DNA from: Candidatus Sigynarchaeum calidifontis
GTDB taxonomy: Archaea > Asgardarchaeota > Lokiarchaeia > Sigyniarchaeales > Sigyniarchaeaceae
Length of the DNA stretch: 56,437 nucleotides
NCBI GenBank assembly: GCA_030587475.2
Contig: JAUQYZ020000229.1
Coordinates: 1-56,437 of the forward strand
Direction of reading: 5' to 3'
The notes beneath the pieces were generated by a model that was given only the letters and a program-made list of their open reading frames with translations, ran no database searches and was not told where the DNA came from. Below, piece after piece: positions 27,326 to 36,058 of the stretch. Each line of letters opens with the position of its first letter. Positions within the stretch are counted from its first letter, which is position 1. A program made the translations under genes and the position numbers.

Positions 27326-29527
27326 TCAATTAATTTTTACATTCATGCTGTTTTTTTTCTCATCTTTAACGATGTAAAGCTTCCCGCCGACTACTTCCAT
27401 CTTGGCCGAGATATCTCCTTTCAATATCATCTCGTAGATAAGCTTCTCGGCTTCCGGCAAAGTCATGCCTAGCTTTTCAGCAAACATTTCAAGCGGTACC
27501 GAGCCGGCCTTTAGTAACTGCGTTACATACTTGCGCTTGAATATCGCTTTTTGGACGGATGCAGGCACTTTTTTCATGTTCAAGGCTTTCTTTAATGCCT
27601 CGTATTCACCAGACTGGTACGCATCCATGATATTGCTGATGATCTTGTTGAATGATTGGCCGCAAGACAATGCACCAAGTAATGACTTCATCTTGGGATG
27701 CACTGCTTCGGGCATGTCCGTCACGATTATTTCTCCAAGCAACACTGCATCAATCAAGAGTAAAAAAAAGACGAGATTATTGATAGCTTGGTTATTCGGT
27801 TTGGGCGATTCAAGCTCAAGAGTTAAAAATTCGACAAGTATTTTTCCAATAATTGCGGCGAATCTTGGATCCTTGTTAACGAGGTAGTTAAGGATCTTGC
27901 GCGTGCGTTCGATGGCAAAGTCGGTATCGCTTGCTAGCTTTTCTTTAAGAAAATTATGTAGAACCTCTTCCCGTTTTACTTGAGACGCGCCCATGATGAG
28001 CGATGCCATGTGCATAAGGGTTTCGAATTGATCATTGTCATCTTGCTTCATGGCGTCCGATAATAATTCTGAAAGTAAATCCGTGTACGCTGTAGGATTG
28101 TGAGCAGCGAGATACAGTATTATATCTATGGTTCTTGATTCGGGATTTATTTTTTTAAGCTTTTCTAATTTGTTGACGAGAACCTTGTAGATTGATGGTA
28201 AAAGACGAGGTTTATCGATGATCGTGAGCAGAGCCGAGAGAACACCATCAATGTTAGCTTCGTATTTGGGATTAAGCACCTTGTCGAGTTCTTTTAAAAG
28301 ATTGGGCACGATTGCCTCGACCTTGGCATCACTTGGAACGAGAGCCGAGGCGGGTTCTACCGCCTGTGCAATGACCTGGGCCGCCGGCGCGGGCACCTGG
28401 GCAGGTACCGCCCCCGGGGCGACCACCTGGGCCGCCGGAATCACATCCAAGGGCGGAACCCCTAGAGGTTTTACATCAGCGCCAGGTTCCTTTTTTGCAA
28501 ACCGCTCGCTCAAGATGGAAACAATCTTCTCACCTAACGCGATGATCTTTGGATGTTGCTTTCTCTTGTTGATCCCGAGATCAAACAAAATGGACTTGAG
28601 CGTGCGATCGAGGAATTGCTCGCTCGCTTGTACCACTGGATCAAGGTTGTCCACTAGCACGGCCAAGCCTAATTCTTGTAATTTTTGAATAATGATTGAA
28701 TCCTTTTCGTCGATGATCATGATATCCGTGAAATCCTTTATCTTACTTGCAAGAGTGTACAAAGATGCGTCAATATTAGTTTTTTCGAGGATTTCTCGCT
28801 CTACAGCAGGGATAGTTCTATCGTTCCAGAAAGGAGACAAGACAGCGATCTTCGCGTCGATTTTTTTAACCGCTTCAGTGAACGAATAACATCGAGCGAG
28901 CAAGTGGAGGGAAAGCAGGTCAGTCGGAACGATGAGCACGCCTTGCGATCGCTCCATGGCCTTGATCGATTCGTCGCATATCTTGAACTTGGCGATTTCC
29001 TCGATATCGACAATACCAGTAATCATCGCGCCATTTTCTTTCTTTTTTTCGTTCTCTTTCATTATGATATATTGGCGAACAGGAATTTCGACGCCGTCGA
29101 CCTTTATATGCAAGACACGTCCTTCCTCGAACAAGGGCAGCATCGAATTGCCATCGAAAATGGTCTTAACGGTCTCTTCCCATGTCCCCATCAAGCCCTT
29201 AAGGGAAGAGTTCAAGCTCGTCATGTATTTGGTGATCAAGTAGTTTAACGTGGAGATTTTAAGAGGGTTATAAAATTCCAAAAATTTTCCAAGTGTTTCA
29301 AAGATGCTCAAGGATTCGATATGGTTTTTTGCCCTAGTTTCTAGGAGATTCGTGAATTCCAAGCGATACGTCGCCGCCTTGGCTGGATCTGGGTGATAGA
29401 GTTGAAAATCGAGCATGTTACTGCATATCCACGTGACCGGGATATCGTCCCTATCGATGATTAACTTCACGAACGGGCTCATCTTGTGCCCGAGGACGAT
29501 GATCACGAGGTTTTTTTGTGGTGGCAT
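27326..29527 (-). CDS. Degenerate CofD-like domain, Pro/Ala linker, helical solenoid and C-terminal PCI-like winged helix
   Basis: N-terminus as in 24567..25667. C-terminus VPLEMFAEKLGMTLPEAEKLIYEMILKGDISAKMEVVGGKLYI matches the PCI winged-helix pattern (L..A..L.....E.E..I..MI..G.I.AK). Confidence 0.65.
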   Translation of the reverse strand: MPPQKNLVIIVLGHKMSPFVKLIIDRDDIPVTWICSNMLDFQLYHPDPAKAATYRLEFTNLLETRAKNHIESLSIFETLGKFLEFYNPLKISTLNYLITKYMTSLNSSLKGLMGTWEETVKTIFDGNSMLPLFEEGRVLHIKVDGVEIPVRQYIIMKENEKKKENGAMITGIVDIEEIAKFKICDESIKAMERSQGVLIVPTDLLSLHLLARCYSFTEAVKKIDAKIAVLSPFWNDRTIPAVEREILEKTNIDASLYTLASKIKDFTDIMIIDEKDSIIIQKLQELGLAVLVDNLDPVVQASEQFLDRTLKSILFDLGINKRKQHPKIIALGEKIVSILSERFAKKEPGADVKPLGVPPLDVIPAAQVVAPGAVPAQVPAPAAQVIAQAVEPASALVPSDAKVEAIVPNLLKELDKVLNPKYEANIDGVLSALLTIIDKPRLLPSIYKVLVNKLEKLKKINPESRTIDIILYLAAHNPTAYTDLLSELLSDAMKQDDNDQFETLMHMASLIMGASQVKREEVLHNFLKEKLASDTDFAIERTRKILNYLVNKDPRFAAIIGKILVEFLTLELESPKPNNQAINNLVFFLLLIDAVLLGEIIVTDMPEAVHPKMKSLLGALSCGQSFNKIISNIMDAYQSGEYEALKKALNMKKVPASVQKAIFKRKYVTQLLKAGSVPLEMFAEKLGMTLPEAEKLIYEMILKGDISAKMEVVGGKLYIVKDEKKNSMNVKIN
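28374..28438. repeat. Short GC-rich direct repeats encoding the PA(A)QV linker
   Basis: acctgggccgccgg at 28374 and 28425, with a partial copy near 28395. Confidence 0.7.
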
Positions 29528-29746
29528 ACCCGGCTTAACCCTTTATCGTTGAAAATGTTTGCAACATGCTTGAGAAACGTTTTTCGTGCTTTTCCGGCAT
29601 CATACTTGCAATACTGGTCCGAACGTGGCATGGATCGCTAAGGCTGGAGCAAGGGATATTCAGATGTCCGTTTCCTCGGTGATAAATATAGTTACCTCTT
29701 TGGTTAAGCGAAGCCCTCATCTTTTTTTGGACTTGATAGAAGTCGA

Positions 29747-30651
29747 TCATATCGAGAATTGTTCCGTTCGTGGCATTTTTCTAACGAAATCGGCACTTGG
29801 CTTGAAATATTCCTCGAACACGCGCCAATAATACAACTCCTCTTTTAACCGTGCGAACACACCAGGAACGATCTCTTTTTCTCTGAGAAATTCGGCATCG
29901 CTGATCCGTGCATCCAAATAATTTCGCATGACGAGCTCGGAATGCGAACGCAGCTCAACAAAGATGCAGTCTTTGCATTCACCGGGATGGAACGCCTCAC
30001 GGCACGGTCGAGCAAGGAACGCAGCTCGACCTGTGCGTTGGCAGCATCGATACCCTGGAGCCGTGTTTGTCGTGCAAAGCGCCGGGCATCGTGGAATCGC
30101 TTGATAGTAGATGCCTTCAAGTCGGTCCAAAAAGCCGTTCCAGGCTCCAGCACGTTAGGGCAATTGCTGATCCCGCAAAATGCTTTTAATTCCGATGCAA
30201 CGACAATCTTTTCATCGTCATTGACATAATACAAAGGTTTCGACCCGAATAAATCCCTGGCGATAACGAGTTCGTCCTTTTCCTTGATCAAAATGGAAAA
30301 ATTCCCGCAAATTTGGGAAAACGCCTCGATACCATGCTTGATATAGAGCGTGCGGATAACCTCTATGGGGGGTCTCAAACCTTGTGTCGATTGTTTCTCA
30401 GCCAATCCTGTCCCGACATCGATGGAGCCATCCAAGATAGAGAATGAACGCGTCATGCCCTCCGGCGTGCCATCCACGATCATTAAATTGTTTTTTTGCG
30501 GCTTGTTTAGAAAAGCAGCAGCGAAACAAGACTTGTCATCGATTATACAGAGATAATGCTTGCCCCGGTGGCTGATTTTCTCTGCAACACGGTGAAGGTT
30601 TTCTGGAATGGTGTGGTCATTCTTTGCCTGGTAGTAGATAATGCCGGTCAT
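29747..30651 (-). pseudogene. Asparagine synthetase-like (AsnB) gene with internal deletion and frame change
   Basis: N-terminal Ntn-like region (HRG, GNFS, ARDLFGSKPLYY, ASELKA), then AVRR...ASLLS breaks exactly where SGGLDS is expected (~29952). The AsnB-like C-terminus (KEELYYWRVFEEYF) follows in another frame. Begins MTGII, so the glutaminase Cys2 is absent. Confidence 0.78.
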
Positions 30652-30664
30652 CTCCTTTGCTACC

Positions 30665-32386
30665 TCATACCTTGAACGCGAGCAATTTGCTCGCGGAAGA
30701 CTTGTCAAACTTGTCTATCACGATGCCTAGGGCCTTGAGGCGGTCGATTTCTTTTATCGGCGCCCCGGATTCGTCAACGCTCTTGCACGCGCCATCGATG
30801 ATCTTGACTCGGATTTCACCTTTTCCAGCTTTGCCGCCTTTTAACTGGGGCGCGTCGAGAATTCCTGAAGTCACGAGGCTTGCAAGCACGTTGGGGCTTG
30901 TATACGCGTCGATTACACCCTTGGATCGCGAGTGCTTGGCAATCCCGGCCAGCAAGGTCATTGCATCGCCAAGCAATTCATTTTTCCGCGATTGCACGGC
31001 CGGATCCGCGGACAAGTCCGGCAAGCCATGGAGGGAATCCTGGATAACCCGACCCACGAGCTTGCAGCTTTTAATAATGTCCTCGGGCCGGGCAGCATGG
31101 TCCCCCTCGCAATAGCTCACGACGTGCATTATATGCGGGCGGACCGACATCTGCAACATGGTCGAAGCACAAAGCTGGCCCATGGCCGTTTCCTCGCGGG
31201 GGGAAAAGTATCCCAGGCCGGCACGCGTTTCTTTCACTACCGTGAATTTTTCATCGACGAGTGGCTGCACGATCTCGATCATGGCGAGCACCCTTGCGAG
31301 GTCCATCTTGAACGTGCAGCTGGGAGGCGTGTTGAACATCAATTGCTGGACATACGTCTTAACACCCAGAGCCTTTGCGATTCTCGCCGAAAGATAGGCA
31401 GCGGCGACCACGACATGGTCGGGCGCCATCCTGAGCCCCCACTGGTGCGGGTCATTTATCTCGACGGGGATGGTCCTTCCCGCGTGCCAGCGGATCGCGT
31501 CGAAATGCTCGCCTATCGCGTCGACCAGCGAGCTCGGGCCGCGGCCGTCGAGTTCGGAGTACCAGAAAATCGGGATCGCTGCCCACGCGTTGTGTATCGT
31601 TTCCGCAAACAGCTCGCCATTCTCTACCAGATCTTGCGTTCCCGAGTAAATGCGTAGCAAAGGGTGGTTGCCGCGCTGGCTACGCCGGTAAATGGCTTCG
31701 AGGTCAAGCCGCGACCGGATCGGGACGCCGCCCGCGCCGCCGGTCTTGGTCGCGAGGATCTCGGGTCGCTGTAGCCATTCTTGCGCGGCTTGATCCGGGG
31801 CGATGGAAATCACGTCAAGGATCGAGGCTTCGGCGAGGGTGGCGATCCCGTCGAGAGTCTCCTGCATCGAAGGCAATCCAAAGTGCGCCCGAAGGACAGG
31901 ATATGGTTGCTTGTACGCGATGCGGCCAAGGAGATCGCCCGGGTATTGGGGTATTTGATTACACTTGTTACCTTTGCGCTCGGCGACACCAAGCACGGGC
32001 AACACCTCATCTACCGTTTCCCCGCCCGTGAAAACAGCATCGAATAATTCCATTTTACGGGCATGATCGGCCAATTCTGGCAGGCAACCGAGAAGGTACC
32101 GGCGCGGGTTGCGACCTCTTTCTTGCACCGCCTTGGCAAATGCTTCAAGATGCTTTTTTCCAAGGGCGGGCGTGAGCCGATACGAGATGGCGACGATATC
32201 AGCCCCTTGTTTTTCCGCGAAATCAAGTATATTCTCGATTTTTGTGGCCGGGCCAAGGAACACGGTTTCATATCCCACGGTTTCTGCAACTTGAAAAAAA
32301 TTTAACACGCCAGCAACGTGAATGCATTCCTCGATGCTCGCGCCGACGATGCGAGGACGTTTTTTTTCAGCCACTCCCTTCACCAA
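30665..32386 (-). CDS. Cobalamin-binding domain fused to an uncharacterised catalytic domain (putative B12-dependent enzyme)
   Basis: B12 His-on motif variant ECIHVAGV...FLG...SYRL...FTGG, followed by a ~430 aa second domain. Confidence 0.8.
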   Translation of the reverse strand: MVKGVAEKKRPRIVGASIEECIHVAGVLNFFQVAETVGYETVFLGPATKIENILDFAEKQGADIVAISYRLTPALGKKHLEAFAKAVQERGRNPRRYLLGCLPELADHARKMELFDAVFTGGETVDEVLPVLGVAERKGNKCNQIPQYPGDLLGRIAYKQPYPVLRAHFGLPSMQETLDGIATLAEASILDVISIAPDQAAQEWLQRPEILATKTGGAGGVPIRSRLDLEAIYRRSQRGNHPLLRIYSGTQDLVENGELFAETIHNAWAAIPIFWYSELDGRGPSSLVDAIGEHFDAIRWHAGRTIPVEINDPHQWGLRMAPDHVVVAAAYLSARIAKALGVKTYVQQLMFNTPPSCTFKMDLARVLAMIEIVQPLVDEKFTVVKETRAGLGYFSPREETAMGQLCASTMLQMSVRPHIMHVVSYCEGDHAARPEDIIKSCKLVGRVIQDSLHGLPDLSADPAVQSRKNELLGDAMTLLAGIAKHSRSKGVIDAYTSPNVLASLVTSGILDAPQLKGGKAGKGEIRVKIIDGACKSVDESGAPIKEIDRLKALGIVIDKFDKSSASKLLAFKV

Positions 32387-32402
32387 CGATGATGTTTCCC
32401 GA

Positions 32403-32565
32403 GATAGGCAGCGGGACGTGATTACCTTTCAAAAAAAGGCTAACTCCAAGGAAAGCGATCTCCTTCGCCTTTTCAAAGGAAATATAAGGCCTAGGAACGA
32501 AGACTACCTATCACGGTTCACAGAAAGTTGTTTTGCGTGATATACCCGCGATAATCCTATTTAAA
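32403..32565 (-). promoter_or_regulatory. TATA-like box plus structured 5' leader of the B12-enzyme operon
   Basis: TTTAAATA at 32565-32558. Nested inverted repeats: 32512-32504/32411-32403, 32479-75/32429-25, 32473-67/32440-34, 32465-61/32452-48. Confidence 0.45.
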
Positions 32566-32907
32566 TTTTTGTGATTTGCTTTAACGATCTATCCATTCGG
32601 AGATTGGTTTCTTGTTATTAACCTACAGAAAATCGGTGAAGTTCGACCGTTGCACGAGAAATGTTTTTCAAACATTCTTGAATCCTACAAAAATGCTTTC
32701 GATCGTGAAAGTCAAGTTCGATTCACTATCTGCAAAGGCAAAAAGCTCATTTCATTGGTTTAAACAAGGTTTATCCTCGTTTTACCGGCCTTGTTCATGT
32801 TTTCTTGCGAATTCACGAGAACGGGTTTCTGTTTCTGGGACTACACGAATCTTTAATAAACATCGGAGGTATGAAAGGGTACAATAACGCAGATCTCGTG
32901 ATCACTC

Positions 32908-34290
32908 GTGTTGCCAGCCATCATCATCACGGCATGTTTCGTCATCACGGTCGTCATCATCTTGACCGACAAGATGAACCGGGCGGTGACAGCACTCGTG
33001 TTCGGTTTAATTGCCTATTTCACGCTCGTGATAGCCGAGGGAACCGATTATTCCATATTCGTTGAATTCATAACGAGCCCACCAGCCGAGAACTTCGTGA
33101 ACATCCGCACGTTGGTACTCATCATCGGGATCTCGCTGCTGATCCAGATTTGCAAGGAATCCGGCATGTTCCAATATCTTGCCTTCAACATCATCAAGCT
33201 GGCTGGCGCGAGCACGGCGAAATTGCTGGCCATCGAGTGCTTGCTCACCGTCGTGTTAGCAGCGGTGTTGAACAACGTGCTCACGGTCTTGATAATGATA
33301 CCGCTCACGATCAAGATCTGCAACGTCCTCGACATCAATCCGAAGCCATTCATCATCACGCAAGGCATTATCGTGAACCTTGGCGCGACCTTGTTCTCGA
33401 TCTCGTCGATCCCCAACATCTTGATATCGACGAGCGTGGGGTTCTCGTTCGTTGAATTCTTCATGAACGTCGGCATCATGTCGATCTTCTGTTCCGGGAT
33501 AACGATCGCTTTTTTCCATCTCGTGTACAGGGGAAAATTAGGAACCCCACACGAGAACCTCAGCATATTAAGAGAATTCAACGCTATGCAGTTCGTGCAT
33601 GACCAGGGGCTCATGAAAAAATCATTCGCAGTCTTTCTAAGCGTGATGACGTGTTTCATCATCATTCCCTCGGAAGTGCTGTCCCCCGAGTTCATCGCCG
33701 TGATCGGAAGCCTCGTTCTCATCGTGATCAGCAAGCAGAAGGCGGAGAACATCATAGAAAAGGTGGATTTTGAATTGATCCTCTACCTGGTCGGGATTTT
33801 CATCCTGAGCGCGGCGTTGGATCGCGTCGGCGTGTTGAACTTGATGGCTAGCGGGTTGATGTACATAACGGCGGGCGATGCTTTCGTCACGATCATCGTG
33901 ATCCTCTGGTTCTCTGCATATCTTAGCTCCAATCTCGACAACATCTCGATCACGAAGATCTTGATCCCCGTGGTCGGCACGATGACCTCGGGCTTTCAAC
34001 AAAGGGATGTCGAACTATCATATTACAGCCTCACGTTTGGAACCAACTGGGGCGACAACTTGAGCCCGATGGGGGACAACATCATCGTGATGAGCGTCGC
34101 CGCGAAGAACAAGGTCATGTTAACGTCGAAAGAATTGTTCCGGCTCGGTTTCATGTCGACCAACTTGCAATTGCTAGTCATGACCATTTATTTCTCGTTA
34201 TTATCCCGGTTGCTCGTTGGATTGTTATTACTTGCTGCGATCGCGGTAATCATCCCGATCGTGCTCGTGATCAAGCGGAAAAGAAAGTGA
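32908..34290 (+). CDS. ArsB/NhaD (SLC13/P-protein-like) anion permease
   Basis: About 12 TM; LNNVLTV, NLGA...PNILI, VDFELILY..G.FIL, LDNI, TNWGDNLSP.G. Confidence 0.87.
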   Translation: MLPAIIITACFVITVVIILTDKMNRAVTALVFGLIAYFTLVIAEGTDYSIFVEFITSPPAENFVNIRTLVLIIGISLLIQICKESGMFQYLAFNIIKLAGASTAKLLAIECLLTVVLAAVLNNVLTVLIMIPLTIKICNVLDINPKPFIITQGIIVNLGATLFSISSIPNILISTSVGFSFVEFFMNVGIMSIFCSGITIAFFHLVYRGKLGTPHENLSILREFNAMQFVHDQGLMKKSFAVFLSVMTCFIIIPSEVLSPEFIAVIGSLVLIVISKQKAENIIEKVDFELILYLVGIFILSAALDRVGVLNLMASGLMYITAGDAFVTIIVILWFSAYLSSNLDNISITKILIPVVGTMTSGFQQRDVELSYYSLTFGTNWGDNLSPMGDNIIVMSVAAKNKVMLTSKELFRLGFMSTNLQLLVMTIYFSLLSRLLVGLLLLAAIAVIIPIVLVIKRKRK

Positions 34291-34428
34291 GGAGCCTTGC
34301 AAGCTCCTTCTCTGCAATCATGTGCCTCTTTTTCCCTTTATAACAAGTAGCAGCATAAAAGCAACTCTTCGAGCCTACCAATAGCATGTAATCGAACAGG
34401 TTATTAATTAGATCAGGTAGAGAGAAGG

Positions 34429-34950
34429 ATGGAAGGATCCAAGTATCGAATGGAGATGGTGAACGTGTATAACAAGATCTTGGTCGGGGTCGACGGGTCG
34501 GAGCACGGGGCAAAAGCACTACGAGAGGCGGTGAAACTCGCCCAGGCATTCAAGGCCGAGCTGCACGTGTTCCACGCCATACGGCACCACTATTACATGC
34601 CGATGTTTCCATTGGGCTTTAACTTGCCCTACCCGGCTGTCACGTTCTCGGATCAAATCACCGAGGAAAAAATGCAGAAAATGTACGAGGAATCGGGCAT
34701 GCAGATCATCGAGCAAGCCAAGCAACAAGTCGAAGCCATGAAGATCCCGCTCGAGTGCAAGGTTGTCTATAACCTGGAGATGGTTCTCACGCCCGTCGAC
34801 TTCGTGAAATCTTACGTGAAGGATAACGGGATAGGCCTGGTCATTGTCGGCTGCGAGGGGCACCATTCTCGTGCCAGGACGGCCATAACGGGCACCGTCG
34901 CGATGGACATCGTGAACAGCGCGCCTTGTCCAGTGCTTGTCGTGAGATGA
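34429..34950 (+). CDS. Universal stress protein (USP)
   Basis: YNKILVGVDGSEHG, LVIVG..G, GTVAMDIVNSAPCPVLVVR. True start may be 34450 or 34456. Confidence 0.92.
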   Translation: MEGSKYRMEMVNVYNKILVGVDGSEHGAKALREAVKLAQAFKAELHVFHAIRHHYYMPMFPLGFNLPYPAVTFSDQITEEKMQKMYEESGMQIIEQAKQQVEAMKIPLECKVVYNLEMVLTPVDFVKSYVKDNGIGLVIVGCEGHHSRARTAITGTVAMDIVNSAPCPVLVVR

Positions 34951-35121
34951 CCGAATCCAAATTATTTACTTTCGTTTTTTCTTGATCGGGTATGGTAGAA
35001 ATCAGTCGCGATGCTTTCGTGTACCAGGAGCGAGACAGGCTATCCTTTCTCCCAGGTAGCTCTTTATTGAAGAGAACCCAACAGATAATGACGTCAAGCG
35101 GAGCTAGACGCGGGATCCTTT

Positions 35122-35191
35122 ACCTCAGACGGCTCCTCTCTGTTTTCATCATTCTTGCAGCAAGTCATTCGGAGGTAACATCATCATCGGC
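35122..35191 (-). ncRNA. C/D-box guide sRNA (dual guide)
   Basis: GCC-g, C box ATGATGA (35187-81), 12 nt guide, D' ATGA (35168-65), CTTG/CAAG mini-hairpin, C' ATGATGA (35152-46), guide, D box CTGA (35128-25), GGT terminal stem. Both guides fit conserved LSU rRNA PTC sequences. Confidence 0.8.
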
Positions 35192-35231
35192 GATTCATAT
35201 CGTGAACCCGAAGAGAAATAAGCGCTGCCAG

Positions 35232-35819
35232 TCACGGAACCAAAAACACGCGCGCGTAGTGTAACAAGCCAGCGTTGAAAGCAAAAGACATGTTGCACCC
35301 CTTTGCTGCAAGAAGCTTGTCCACGTCGGTAGGCGCGAGCCGATCCTCGAATGGAGGGCCAGGCAAGTATCTTTTCTTCTTGAATTCAACGATGACAATC
35401 TTCCCACCATTTTTCAAGACACGAAATAGCTCCTTGAGAACCTGGTCGGCCTCCTTGTTGACGACGAAGCCATGCAACACGTTCGCGACGAGACAAGTGG
35501 TGACGCTGGCATCCGGCAGGGGCAAGTGTTTCGTGGCATCCGCGATAGAGGCCTCGATGTTGATGGCGCCAAGCTCCTTTACTCGCACCTTGACCTTTTC
35601 GATAGCACCAGGGTCAACGTCGATGGCGATCACCTTTCCTGCCGGGCCGATGAACTTGCTCGCGGCCTCGATGGCTACATAACCGTCCCCGCAGCCGAGA
35701 TCGAGAAACGTTTCTCCCTCTTTCAAGCCGATCTTTCGCAAGAGCTTCCCGGGATCGATGAGCCCGCGCGTGCTGCGGCCGCCGTGCTCGTGACGATGTG
35801 GTTTACCGTTTTCATCCAT
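35232..35819 (-). CDS. Class I SAM-dependent methyltransferase (UbiE/Methyltransf_31-like)
   Basis: FLDLGCGDG, IAIDVD, ADA, VLH...ELFRVLKNGG. Confidence 0.9.
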   Translation of the reverse strand: MDENGKPHRHEHGGRSTRGLIDPGKLLRKIGLKEGETFLDLGCGDGYVAIEAASKFIGPAGKVIAIDVDPGAIEKVKVRVKELGAINIEASIADATKHLPLPDASVTTCLVANVLHGFVVNKEADQVLKELFRVLKNGGKIVIVEFKKKRYLPGPPFEDRLAPTDVDKLLAAKGCNMSFAFNAGLLHYARVFLVP

Positions 35820-36017
35820 AACGCATCACTCCTGGTGTAAACAGATAGATCTCCTTTAAGGTGTTTCCGCTTTTCAAGAGCGATGACCTCGATGCCCATC
35901 ACGGCAAGCGAGAGAATTTTCCCTTGCCCATCATGGAAAGGAAGAGAATCGTTGGTCAAGGAATTGAAAAAGAAAGACCAGGCCGATAGCGACAAGAAGA
36001 TGATGGAGGCAATCGAA

Positions 36018-36050
36018 CTGGATGGATTTCTTGTAACCAACGCCATCCAG
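36018..36050. terminator. Inverted repeat just downstream of the thioesterase gene, possible terminator or processing hairpin
   Basis: ctggatgg (36018-25) and ccatccag (36043-50) form a perfect 8 bp stem, 8 nt from the stop codon. Confidence 0.35.
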
Positions 36051-36058
36051 ACGCCATC

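Noticed and set aside
24567-29527. Functional cofD (F420 biosynthesis)
   Set aside because: The GGTG and PDLD-type catalytic motifs are missing in both copies.
30665-32386. Methionine synthase or methylmalonyl-CoA mutase call
   Set aside because: Only the B12-binding domain is recognisable; the homocysteine/folate or MCM catalytic motifs are not seen.
32387-32565. Canonical cobalamin riboswitch
   Set aside because: No clear B12 box or conserved GGGAA/GCCACUG arrangement. Kept only as a generic structured leader.
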